Below are positions 49,501 through 58,302 of a stretch of DNA of 64,000 nt, piece after piece. A program made the position numbers and the translations under genes. Each line of letters starts with the position of its first letter. Position 1 is the stretch's first letter. The stretch is from Dehalococcoidia bacterium (GTDB taxonomy: Bacteria; Chloroflexota; Dehalococcoidia; Plut-88900): the NCBI GenBank assembly GCA_965197585.1, contig OZ240215.1, forward strand, positions 2,272,001 to 2,336,000, read 5' to 3'. Below the pieces are notes generated by a model. It saw nothing but the letters and a program-made list of their open reading frames with translations. It had not been told where the DNA came from and did not search any database.

Positions 49501-49544
49501 CCCCCGCTATCAAGGCGGAAAGGTTGAGGCTTATTGCGAGCCAT
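46521..49544 (-). CDS. soxA: Sarcosine oxidase subunit alpha
   Basis: GRSFKYHRPRG, GFYYKTFMWP, GQWKRPWYY, DQSTLGKI, C-terminal GcvT-like domain. Confidence 0.95.
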   Translation of the reverse strand: MARNKPQPFRLDSGGRINRDRPLTFVFNGRTYRGYEGDTAASALLANGVHLVGRSFKYHRPRGIVGAGLEEPNALLQAGTGARTTPNLRATEVQLSDGMVLKSVNCWPSVNHDFAAINSKLTRFLPPGFYYKTFMWPHSMWKTYEGIIRKAAGLGESPRAPDPDKYDRMNAHCDVLIAGGGPSGLAAALEAGATGARVILADDGAEFGGSLLSSRRTIDGLPAQQWIEDAVRKLSEMPEVKLMPRSSVFGYYDHNFLAIAQSFTPEQAASHPHHPNERIWRVRAKQVVIAAGSFERPLIFPNNDVPGVMLTSAVSSYINRYAVLPGRRAVLFTNNDSGYRTALDLADAGAEIRAVVDLRPNPQGALPALVRDKGIHVIGSHAIVDVKGVKKVKGVVIMDLDQRGTGVRGNAKTLDCDLLAVSGGWNPTVHLHSQSGGKVRFDENRGAFVPGESVQRERSVGACAGAFDLASCIGDGLAAGAGAARGAGFGDGVVQTPLPATDDVTEEPPKTVWLAPSRKDPVHEHKQFIDLQEDVSAGDVVLAAKEGYDSVPLLNRYTTLGFGTDQGKLGNVIGMGVLADYLGKDITEVGGVTFRQPYAPVTFGAIAGGEVGEMLDAVRKTAIHPWHVAHGALFENVGQWKRPWYYPKPGESMQDALNRECLSARHAVAILDQSTLGKIDVRGPDAAEFLNRVYSNNWLKLGEGRARYGLMLGEDGMVMDDGVSARISPGRFHMFTTTGGAANVMSWLEQWQQTEWPELQVYLTSVTDQWSTMSVVGPKARDTVAKICSDIEFSREAFPFLSFREGTVAGVRARVFRISFSGELTFEINVPADYGLHVWESVMEAGAEFGITPYGTETMHILRAEKAFIIVGQDTDGTVTPSDLGLDWLVSKRKDFLGKRSLSRPDIVRKDRKQLVGLKSEYPVRVIPDGAQIVEDPRGPIPIKMIGHVTSSYYSASLGHPVALALVKGGKARMGQRVYIPLHDGNSITARVTNPVFYDPKNERQNV

Positions 49545-49833
49545 CCTGCTCCTGTCTCCCCTCCCCCGGCGGTTGTTCACCCGTCTTGTACACCGACTTG
49601 ATTACGTAGCTGACCGTATCCCTCTCTGCGTTAAACCAGCGCCGGCACCCGGCGCTGTGCATCCATCTCTCCCGGTAGAGACCGCTGGTGTTGGTCTGCC
49701 CAAACAGGTAATGACTCCATTCCTCGTCGGAAAGCTCGTTCGGGGCCAGGGGCCGAGCTATGTGCGCCTCTCCGCCATAGGAGAACTCGGTCTCTTCCCG
49801 GGGTCCGCAATATGGGCATTCTATGTAAAACAT
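49531..49833 (-). CDS. soxD: Sarcosine oxidase subunit delta
   Basis: IECPYCGPREETEF, ERWMHSAGCRRWFN. Confidence 0.92.
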   Translation of the reverse strand: MFYIECPYCGPREETEFSYGGEAHIARPLAPNELSDEEWSHYLFGQTNTSGLYRERWMHSAGCRRWFNAERDTVSYVIKSVYKTGEQPPGEGRQEQDGSQ

Positions 49834-49849
49834 GATCGTGTCCCGATTC

Positions 49850-51100
49850 TCAGTGCGCCACCGCCGCTGCCCCGTGCTCATCGATAAGCTCTCCCGTGAC
49901 GAACCTGTCCAGCGTAAAGGGAGCATTCAGTTCGTGGGGCTGGTCCTGAGCGATCGTGTGCGCATATACCCACCCCGACCCCGGCGTTGACTTGAAACCG
50001 CCCGTGCCCCAGCCACAGTTCACGTACAGCCCCTTCACCGGAGTCTTCCCGATAATCGGGCTGGCGTCGGGGCAGATGTCCACTGCCCCACCCCAGTGTC
50101 TCAGAAGCCGCAATCGGCTGAATATCGGGAACATCTCCACCACAGCCTCGACAGTCTCCTCCACGACCGAGTAGCTGCCCCTCATCCCGTAGCCGCTATA
50201 TGAGTCAATTCCCGCGCCTATGATCAGTTCCCCCTTGTCGGTCTGGCTGACATAGGCGTGTACGGCGTTGGACATTACAACGCTATCGATGATCGGCTTG
50301 ATCGGCTCCGAGACCAGGGCCTGCAAAGGGTGCGTGGATATGGGAAGCCGGATACCCGCCATGTCGGCGAGAACGGTGGTGTTGCCCGCTACGGCCAGGG
50401 CCACCTTCCCAGCCTTTATCACACCCCGAGTCGTATCGACCCCCGTGACCTCTCCATTGGTGACCTGAATGCCGGTCACTTCGCAGTTCTGGATGATGTC
50501 GATGCCCCGCGCGTCCGCCGCCCGAGCGTATCCCCAGGCCACCGCATCATGCCGCGCCGTCCCTCCCCTCTTCTGGTACGAGGCCCCCAGCACGGGATAC
50601 CGTATGTCCGGCGAGGTGTTGAGGACCGGCACCAGCTCAGCGACTTGGCGCGTATCCAGAAGCTCGGCGTCAATGCCATTCAGCTTGTTGGAGTTGACCC
50701 TCCGCGCCGTGTCTCTAAGCTCCTGCAGGTTGTGGCACAGGTTTAGCACACCTCGTTGGCTGAACATCAGGTTGAAGTTCAACTCCTGGCTCAGTCCCTC
50801 CCAAAGCTTCATCGCGTGCTCGTATAGGAAGGAGGTCTCGTCCCACAGGTAGTTGGACCGGACTATCGTCGTGTTCCTCCCTACACTCCCGCCCCCCAGG
50901 TACCCCTTCTCGACCACTGCCACATCCGTAATCCCGTGATTCTTGGCCAGGTAATATGCGGTTGCCAGCCCGTGTCCCCCCGCGCCCACTATTACAACGT
51001 CGTAGCGCTCTTTAGGCTGAGGGCTGCGCCACACCCGAGGCCAGTTCTCGTGGTGGCTGAACGAGTTGCGTATCAGGTTTAGGAAAGAATAGTTCTTCAT
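49850..51100 (-). CDS. soxB: Sarcosine oxidase subunit beta
   Basis: [43 protein letters not shown]; start at MKNYSF. Confidence 0.95.
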   Translation of the reverse strand: MKNYSFLNLIRNSFSHHENWPRVWRSPQPKERYDVVIVGAGGHGLATAYYLAKNHGITDVAVVEKGYLGGGSVGRNTTIVRSNYLWDETSFLYEHAMKLWEGLSQELNFNLMFSQRGVLNLCHNLQELRDTARRVNSNKLNGIDAELLDTRQVAELVPVLNTSPDIRYPVLGASYQKRGGTARHDAVAWGYARAADARGIDIIQNCEVTGIQVTNGEVTGVDTTRGVIKAGKVALAVAGNTTVLADMAGIRLPISTHPLQALVSEPIKPIIDSVVMSNAVHAYVSQTDKGELIIGAGIDSYSGYGMRGSYSVVEETVEAVVEMFPIFSRLRLLRHWGGAVDICPDASPIIGKTPVKGLYVNCGWGTGGFKSTPGSGWVYAHTIAQDQPHELNAPFTLDRFVTGELIDEHGAAAVAH

Positions 51101-51359
51101 ATACGAATGCCAAATCCGCGCGGAGAGCAGACGCGATGATATTTGTACACCATTCCCAATGTCAATCAACCGAAGTGTTATCTGTAAATATCCGACAGCG
51201 CCTGTCATCCTCTCCGCAATGGTGTTTGTAGGCCGAGGCTCAGGTGAGGCCGGTGGAAGTAGTGGCGGTGGGGAAACTCCTCTCGCGACGTAATGAAACC
51301 TCGTGGCGTTTCCAACATTCACTGAAACTAGTACTATATGTTTTATGAGAAACGCTGCC

Positions 51360-52397
51360 ATGCAACTTCGCAAACTATCCAATGGGCTGAAGGCCGCGTA
51401 CCGTGGGTCAAACGTCGCCGGTCGCGTGCAGCACTTCGATGGATGGCTCGATAGAGCGTCTGCCAATGATGCCGATGCCAAGGACTACGACCACGCCGCA
51501 ACCGTCAAGGAATACTACGACCTTTGCAGCGAGTTCATGGTGTTCGGTTGGGGCGAATCCCTGCACTTCGCTCCGCTATCGCACAAGGAGAGTGTGGAAG
51601 ACTCCAAGATCCGGCATCAGCGACTCATGATAGCCAAGCTGGAACTGCGCGAGGGGATGACGGTGGTCGATGTCGGTTGCGGGATCGGCGGCCCGATGCG
51701 CAATGTCGTCCGTGAGTCCGGTGTCAGGGTCCTCGGGGTCAACAGCAATGAAATCCAGCTGGACAAGGCGAAATCGTTGACCTCCGAGGCGGGTCTCGAC
51801 CACATGGTCGACTACCTTGCTTGCAGCTTCATGGACATGGGCGCCATCGCGGACGGCACGTTCGACCGCGCCTACGCTATCGAATCAACCTGCCATGCGC
51901 CGGACAAGGCGGGCGCGTTCGCCGAGATATACCGCGTGCTGAAACCCGGGGCCCTCTTTTGGGGCCAGGAAATGTGCATGACGGACAAGTTCGACCCCAA
52001 CGATAATCGTCACCGGGCTATCAAGCGGGACTTGATGCGTGGCATCGCGCTCAAGGATATCGCGACCATGAGCGAGGTGAACCGAGCCCTCGAAAAGGTT
52101 GGATTTTCTGTCGTCGAGGGGAAGAACCGGGCCATTGATGAGAACATTCTGATCACGCCGTGGTATCAGCCCATGGAGACGCGGCGCAGGACCCTGAACA
52201 ACGGTCTCCGTAGGACCCCCCTCGGCCGCAAGGTGTTCATCGGGGCATCCAGGCTGGCCGAGGCGCTGAGAGTGTTCCCGAAAGGCTCTACGGATGTGGT
52301 CGGACTGCTTGATCGGACCGCCAACGCCTGTGTCGCGGGCGGCAGGGCCGGAATCTTCACGCCATTGTACTGCTTCCTGGCTCGCAAACCCCTTTAG
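51360..52397 (+). CDS. Sterol C-24 methyltransferase-like (ERG6/SMT family) SAM methyltransferase
   Basis: YYD...[46 protein letters not shown], the hallmark SMT regions. Confidence 0.85.
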   Translation: MQLRKLSNGLKAAYRGSNVAGRVQHFDGWLDRASANDADAKDYDHAATVKEYYDLCSEFMVFGWGESLHFAPLSHKESVEDSKIRHQRLMIAKLELREGMTVVDVGCGIGGPMRNVVRESGVRVLGVNSNEIQLDKAKSLTSEAGLDHMVDYLACSFMDMGAIADGTFDRAYAIESTCHAPDKAGAFAEIYRVLKPGALFWGQEMCMTDKFDPNDNRHRAIKRDLMRGIALKDIATMSEVNRALEKVGFSVVEGKNRAIDENILITPWYQPMETRRRTLNNGLRRTPLGRKVFIGASRLAEALRVFPKGSTDVVGLLDRTANACVAGGRAGIFTPLYCFLARKPL

Positions 52398-52540
52398 CGA
52401 AGTGTTGTACGTAAATATTCGACAGTCGCTGTCCTCCTCTCCCCAGCGGCGGTTGTAGACCGAGGCTCGGGTGAGGGTGGCGGGGCCGGAAACTCTTGCA
52501 TGGCCGTCCCCCAACCACCCAGGCGCAACGCCGGCCCCCT

Positions 52541-52870
52541 CTAGCTTACGGCTCGACCTAACCCCTGTCGTGAATCCGTACCCCACACCCCCAACAATGC
52601 CATGCGGTGGTATGCCGACGTTCCCGTCCGACCTACGTTGATGTCAACTCCCATCTCTACCCGGTCCTCCCGGTCCAGTGCATCGACGAACTCCACCACT
52701 AACCGCACAGGATGATCCTTCAGAGCCATCTCATCCAGGGTCGGAGGCAGCACCCACACCTGCTATCGGCCCATCGGGCGCAGTGGCATCTCGAATAACC
52801 GCCACTCGGAACTTCTCACCTCCAAGTTTACCCTGATGCATAAACCCCCACTCCCTATTGAGACAGGCTC
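52541..52870 (-). mobile_element. IS1182-family transposase remnant with one terminal inverted repeat
   Basis: MPLRPMGR*QVWVLPPTLDE...DHPVRLV.EFVDALD...AYH; TIR GAGCCTGTCTCAA at 52870-52858. Confidence 0.8.
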
Positions 52871-52901
52871 AGCCGCTCGCCCTGTCGAAGATGCGCCGAG
52901 G

Positions 52902-53044
52902 CGTGAGCCCCGTCGAAGGGTCTCAAGAGTGGAATGGGCGGGGCTCCCTCCCTCAAACAGCCTTCCGTAGGGGCGGGGTATTCCGCTCGCCCTGAGCCCC
53001 GTCGAAGGGTCTCAAGAGCGGAATGGGCAGGGCTTCCTCCCTCA
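52902..53044. repeat. Tandem duplicated REP-like units
   Basis: TGAGCCCCGTCGAAGGGTCTCAAGAG(T/C)GGAATGGGC..GGCT.CCTCCCTCA occurs twice. Confidence 0.7.
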
Positions 53045-53151
53045 TATGGCCCTCGTACAAGCAATTCCCGAATCGCCCTCCCCCCTCCCCTATTGAAAAC
53101 CCCTCACCCTTCCCATTACCATAGCCCCACCCCTCACCCAAGGAGCGACCT

Positions 53152-54726
53152 ATGGCCGGATTCACATGGGAAGCCGCCCGAACCAAGCTCGTCGAGGCCC
53201 GGGAGCGCGCTCTACAACTCGGCGGCCCCGATTCCGTCGCCCGCCAGCGCGCCGCTGGACGCTGGACCATCCGCGAGCGCATCGACCACATCACCGACCC
53301 CCGTTCCTTCCTCGAAGTCGGCACCGTAGCCGTCCATGAGCGCTTCGACCCCGACGGTAACCGCCTTCCGGACACCGCATCCGGCTACGTTATGGGTCTC
53401 GGACAGATCGATGGCCGGGACGTGGCGGTCGGTGGAGAGGACTTCACCGTCGAAGGCGGTGTAATTGACACCCAACATGACCGACTCAAGGGCGGCATGG
53501 CCGGCTTCATTGAGGAACTCGCCCACGAATATCGCATCCCCCTGGTCATGCTCATGGAAGGCGTCGGAGGCGGTGTTGGCTGGGAGGCTCACCAGGGCCA
53601 CGCTCCCCTCGTCAGCGGCCACAAAATCGACGTTTCCTACAAGCTAATGGGAGAGGTCCCGGTAATGGCCGCAGCCATGGGCGCCTGCGCAGGGGTCACC
53701 GGCGCCCGACTCGCCGTCTCCCACTTCAGTGTCATGACCAAGGCCGCCTGCATCTTCGCCGGCGGCCCTCCCCTTGTCGAGCGGGCCTTGGGTCACCGCA
53801 TCGACAAGTTCGAGTTGGGCGGAGCCGAGGTCCACGCAGTCATCTCCGGTGTGGTAGACAACATCGCCGAGGACGACGCCGACGCCATACGCCAGATCAA
53901 GACCGTTCTCAGCTACCTCCCCCAAAACGTCTGGGAGATGCCTCCCTACGTACCCACCGACGACCCCCCTGACCGCCAGGACGAGGTCCTCCTCGAAATC
54001 ATGCCCGAGGACCAAAAGGCCGCCTTCGACGTACGGGACATCATCGAGGTCGTTGCCGACCGCGGCTCCTTCTTCGAAATAGGCGGCCACCGCGCACCGG
54101 CCTTCGTATGCGGCTTCGCCCGTTTCGGAGGCTACCCCGTCGGCATTCTCGCCAACAATCCCATGCACCTCGGCGGTGCCCTCGACGGCCCGGGCTCCGA
54201 GAAGAAGACTCGCTTCATAGACTTCTGCGACACCTTCCACATGCCCATGATCTACTTCGTAGACGTCCCCGGCTTCATGATCGGCCCCGACGCCGAGAGG
54301 GAGGGCACTCTCCGCAAAGGGATGCGCGCTCTCCAGGCCCTCCATGACGCCAACGTTCCCATGGTCTCCGTGTATCTGCACAAGTGCTACGGCATGGCCG
54401 GCCTCGCCACGGGCAACGCCAGCCGCCTGAACCTCCGCCTCGCATGGCCCACCGCCGAGTGGGGAGACATGCCCATCGAAGGCGGCGTCTTTTCAGCCCA
54501 CCGACGCCAGATCCAGGCATCAGACGACCCCGCCGCCTACATCGCCCAGATCGAGGACCGCATGCGTAAGGCCGCATCCCCCTGGAAGACCGCCGAGGCC
54601 TTCGGTGTAGAGGAGATGATCGACCCGACCGAGACCCGCGGTATCATCATCCGCTTCCTCAAAGCCGCACAGGGTGTTGTCAAACAAACCCTCGGCTCTA
54701 ACCCCAGATACGGAGCCCGCCTCTAA
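53152..54726 (+). CDS. Acyl-CoA carboxylase carboxyltransferase (beta) subunit
   Basis: RERI..D..SFLE, DFTVEGG, GGPPLV, VDVPGFMIG..AE. Confidence 0.9.
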   Translation: MAGFTWEAARTKLVEARERALQLGGPDSVARQRAAGRWTIRERIDHITDPRSFLEVGTVAVHERFDPDGNRLPDTASGYVMGLGQIDGRDVAVGGEDFTVEGGVIDTQHDRLKGGMAGFIEELAHEYRIPLVMLMEGVGGGVGWEAHQGHAPLVSGHKIDVSYKLMGEVPVMAAAMGACAGVTGARLAVSHFSVMTKAACIFAGGPPLVERALGHRIDKFELGGAEVHAVISGVVDNIAEDDADAIRQIKTVLSYLPQNVWEMPPYVPTDDPPDRQDEVLLEIMPEDQKAAFDVRDIIEVVADRGSFFEIGGHRAPAFVCGFARFGGYPVGILANNPMHLGGALDGPGSEKKTRFIDFCDTFHMPMIYFVDVPGFMIGPDAEREGTLRKGMRALQALHDANVPMVSVYLHKCYGMAGLATGNASRLNLRLAWPTAEWGDMPIEGGVFSAHRRQIQASDDPAAYIAQIEDRMRKAASPWKTAEAFGVEEMIDPTETRGIIIRFLKAAQGVVKQTLGSNPRYGARL

Positions 54727-54729
54727 CCT

Positions 54730-55953
54730 ATGGACTCTCCTACCACCCCCCAATCGTCAAACGAGGGCCGCACTCTCCTTGCCACAACCACGGTCGCCGG
54801 CCACGGGCTCAAGCACCTCTATGCCGCCGCCTTCATGATCGTCCTCCCGGAGATCAAGGCCAGCCTCATGCTGTCCAACCTCGCCGCCGGCGCCCTGGTC
54901 ACTGCACGAGACGTCTCTGCCGGGGTCTCCACAATGCCCTCCGGCTTCCTCGCCGACCGCTTCAGCGGCAAGTGGGCCATAATCCTCACCATTTCCTTGG
55001 CCTTTATAGCTGTTGGCTACCTCGCAGCCGGTGCTGTGGAGAGATATTTCGCTGTCGCCATTTCCATCGTTCTTTTCGGCATCGGCGTATCCCTCTGGCA
55101 TCCCTCCGCCATCGCTTCCCTGTCGGCCCGATTCCCAACCAGGATTGGTTTTGCTATCTCCCTCCACGGGTCGGGAGGGTCCGCAGGCGAGATCCTCGGA
55201 CCTCTCATAGCCGGCGCCTTGCTTCTGCTCATCTCCTGGCCCCAACTCTTTCAACTCAGCTTCATCCCCGCAGCCCTCGCCGCCGTATTGGTGTGGTTTG
55301 CTCTCAGGAATCTCAAGGGCCAACAGGGTGTCACCTCCCTCAGGGAGTATTTCGCCACCTCCGGCGTTCTGCTGAAGAACCGGGCCTTTATCGCCGTGAT
55401 CGTCCTCTCGGGCTTTCGCTCTATGAGCAATCACGTCATCACGACCTTCGTCCCCATCTACCTCCGAGAAGACCTCGAGTTTTCCTCCCTCGAAGTCGGG
55501 ATCTACGCATCGCTCCTGCAGGCCATAGGCATAGTTACACACCCCCTTATGGGGTACATTTCCGACAAGTACGGCCGAAAGATCGCCCTTGTCCCGGGCA
55601 TGATATTCTTCGGGCTCCTCTGCATCGCCCTCGCCTACGCCTCCGAGGGCCCCCAATTGATCCTAACCATCATCGCTATCGGCGCGGTGATGTTCACTTT
55701 CCACCACATCTTCGTCGCCTACGCCATAGACCTCTCTCCCCCCGGCGTCCACGGCACCTCCGTGGCCCTCGTCTACACCGGTTCCATGTTATTCGGAGGT
55801 ATCGGTGCGATCCTCGGCGGCCTCCTCGCCGACGAAGTCTCCCTCCCGTCGACCTTTATCTTCGCCGGCATAGTCGTCATAGCTGCCGCATTCCTGCTGA
55901 TCTTCGTCCCAACCCGCGACAACACGGAATCCGCGCCCATAGCCCGCGCATAG
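54730..55953 (+). CDS. MFS transporter
   Basis: GFLADRF, WHP, SDKYGRK; about 12 TM segments. Confidence 0.85.
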   Translation: MDSPTTPQSSNEGRTLLATTTVAGHGLKHLYAAAFMIVLPEIKASLMLSNLAAGALVTARDVSAGVSTMPSGFLADRFSGKWAIILTISLAFIAVGYLAAGAVERYFAVAISIVLFGIGVSLWHPSAIASLSARFPTRIGFAISLHGSGGSAGEILGPLIAGALLLLISWPQLFQLSFIPAALAAVLVWFALRNLKGQQGVTSLREYFATSGVLLKNRAFIAVIVLSGFRSMSNHVITTFVPIYLREDLEFSSLEVGIYASLLQAIGIVTHPLMGYISDKYGRKIALVPGMIFFGLLCIALAYASEGPQLILTIIAIGAVMFTFHHIFVAYAIDLSPPGVHGTSVALVYTGSMLFGGIGAILGGLLADEVSLPSTFIFAGIVVIAAAFLLIFVPTRDNTESAPIARA

Positions 55954-55994
55954 TGAACGGAGGCTCTATACCTCCTTAAACGGAGGTGTTGACG

Positions 55995-57197
55995 ATGGAC
56001 CCCTCCACCCAGCCCCCCACTCGCGAACCAGGCCCTAAACTGCTGGCGTTCACCATGGTCACGGGCCACGGGCTCAAACACCTGTACAGCGCTGCCTTTT
56101 CGGTCGTCTTTCCCGAGATCAAGGTCGGGCTGGGGCTTAGCAACCTCGCCGCGGGAGCCCTCGTCATGTCCCGGGACGTCAGCAGCGGCGCGGCCGCAAT
56201 GCCCGGCGGCTTCATCGCCGACCGCTACAGCAGCAAGCGGCCGCTGTTTCTGTTGGCGGCCATTATGCTGGTTGCCCTCGGCTACTTGGCCTCCGGGTCA
56301 CTGCAGACGTACTACGCCATAGCTTTGGCTGTGATTCTGGTCGGCGTGGGCACTTCCATGTGGCACCCTACGGCTATAGCAGCGCTATCCGCACGTTTCC
56401 CTGCAAGAAGAGGCTTGGCCCTCACTATGCACAGGGCAGGGGCCAGTGTGGGAGAGGTGCTGGGCCCCTTGGTGGCTGGAGGGCTCCTCTCAGTCATCCT
56501 GTGGCCTCGGCTTCTCCAGTACAGCTTCTTCCCGGCTGCCCTCGCCGCGATTGTCATATGGCTCGCCCTCCGAGGCCTGAAAGGCCAGCAGGGCGCCGCA
56601 TCGAGCAAAGAATATTTCTCAGCCGTTGTGCCGCTGTTCAAGAACCGGCGTCTAATGGCCGTGTTGGCACTGTGCGGCGTAGTAAGCATGGGCGACTACG
56701 CCATGGTAACCTTCCTGCCGATATATCTTAGGGAACACCTCGAGTTTTCGACCTTCAAAGTTGGCGTGTACATCTCACTCCTGCATACCGTCGGCATAGC
56801 GACACATCCGATCATGGGATTCGTATCGGACCGGTTCGGTCGCAAGTCGGTGCTCGTGCCTGAACTGACAATCTTCGGCCTCCTCTGCGTAGCCTTGGCC
56901 TACGCCGACCCAGGGATTCAACTGCTCCTTACCATTATTGCCATCGCCGCGGTCACCTTCACCTACCTCCCAATTTTCGTCGCCACAGCCATTGACCTGT
57001 CGCCCCCCGGAGTTCACGGCACAACCGTTGGCCTGGTCTATACGGCGTCCATGGCGATCGGCGCATTCGGAGCCGTGATAGGCGGCCTCATCGCCGACCA
57101 CATATCAATACAGTCCACTTTCGTATTCTCCGGAATTACCATCGTGGCCTCCGCCCTGGTCCTAATCATCATCCCCACCCGCTCTCAAGAAACCTAG
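55995..57197 (+). CDS. MFS transporter (tandem paralog of previous gene)
   Basis: Shares GHGLKHLY, WHP and AIDLSPPGVHGT with 54730-55953. Confidence 0.85.
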   Translation: MDPSTQPPTREPGPKLLAFTMVTGHGLKHLYSAAFSVVFPEIKVGLGLSNLAAGALVMSRDVSSGAAAMPGGFIADRYSSKRPLFLLAAIMLVALGYLASGSLQTYYAIALAVILVGVGTSMWHPTAIAALSARFPARRGLALTMHRAGASVGEVLGPLVAGGLLSVILWPRLLQYSFFPAALAAIVIWLALRGLKGQQGAASSKEYFSAVVPLFKNRRLMAVLALCGVVSMGDYAMVTFLPIYLREHLEFSTFKVGVYISLLHTVGIATHPIMGFVSDRFGRKSVLVPELTIFGLLCVALAYADPGIQLLLTIIAIAAVTFTYLPIFVATAIDLSPPGVHGTTVGLVYTASMAIGAFGAVIGGLIADHISIQSTFVFSGITIVASALVLIIIPTRSQET

Positions 57198-57344
57198 ACC
57201 CCGCATATCCCGTCATTCCCGTGCCCCGACACGGGAATCCAGAACAACAGCCCGCATCAGTTAAGCCAACCGACTTTTCGACCCCAAAGACTCCTACGCG
57301 TTTATGCTAAAATCGCCCCACACCACCCCCAACGGAGATGCACC

Positions 57345-58055
57345 ATGACCACCGACACCTTCTGGGCAGACCTGAGAGAAGAAATCCAAAGCGAAGCCGT
57401 CGTCAATCACCCCATCTACATCGACCTGGTCAACGGCGTCCTTAAGCCAAACACCCTCGCCGAGCTCTGCGCCCAGCTTAAGCACACCGTAGAAGAGGGC
57501 ATCTCCTCCCTGTCTCTCATCATCCCCCAAGCCCCGAGACACACCCGCATGGAACTCGCCGAAAACCTGTTCGGCGAGTTGACCGGCACTCCTGATGTCC
57601 CTTCTCACTGGGAGTTAGCCATTCGGGCCGGAGCCGCCGCCGGATTCTCGGAAGAGGACGTCGACGCACGCCCCATGATCCCAGAGACCAAGGTCTACCC
57701 CGACACCGTCTCCGCCTACGCCATGCGCGGCAGGTGGGTGGAAGCTCTCAGCTTCGTATCGATGGGCATCGAGGATATGTTCACCGAGTTCTGCGACGGC
57801 GTCACTAAGGGCCTCATCGACAAATACGGCTACACCGAAGCACAGGCCTCATACTTCGCCGTACACGTCGGCGCCGACGAGGTCCACGCTGAGACCGGCT
57901 GGAGCACCGCCGCCGCTCATGCCACCACCCCCGAGCAAAAGGCCTCCGTACGACGCGCAGCCCTTGAAGGCCGTAACATGTGGTGGAACATGTACTCCGC
58001 CGTCTACAAGATGGGCGAAGGCAAAGAAGCCCGGACGCTCAGGATGGACGCCTAG
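57345..58055 (+). CDS. Heme-oxygenase-like diiron enzyme (PqqC/TenA/CADD superfamily)
   Basis: ENLFGE...SHWEL, GIE, YFAVHVGADEVHAE metal-ligand pattern. Confidence 0.8.
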   Translation: MTTDTFWADLREEIQSEAVVNHPIYIDLVNGVLKPNTLAELCAQLKHTVEEGISSLSLIIPQAPRHTRMELAENLFGELTGTPDVPSHWELAIRAGAAAGFSEEDVDARPMIPETKVYPDTVSAYAMRGRWVEALSFVSMGIEDMFTEFCDGVTKGLIDKYGYTEAQASYFAVHVGADEVHAETGWSTAAAHATTPEQKASVRRAALEGRNMWWNMYSAVYKMGEGKEARTLRMDA

Positions 58056-58302
58056 CCGCTTCCGTACGCCTTCCCCCTGCCACTCCCGAGGGGAGCCTGT
58101 CCGCCTAAGGCGGATCATTCCGGCTTTCGGCGGCCGGAATCCATCCCTGAGGTGGGGCCGCTCACCCTGAGCACCGTCGAAGGGTCGAGCGGGGGCGGCC
58201 CCAGACAGCTAATCCGTCGTGGTCGTCTACCGACTCTCAACCGAGTCCCTTATCCCCCGTCATTCCGAGGCCCTGCGAGGAAGCTGCGGCATACGTCTCA
58301 CC

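Noticed and set aside
51120-51300. Glycine riboswitch expected upstream of sarcosine oxidase
   Set aside because: GGAGAG is present but the CCGAAG and CTCTCAGG consensus elements are not; kept only as an unassigned structure.
54972-55979. Long alternative-frame and antisense ORFs over real genes (also 1112-2056, 22544-23668, 46398-47897)
   Set aside because: Shadow ORFs typical of high-GC coding DNA, with no protein motifs.
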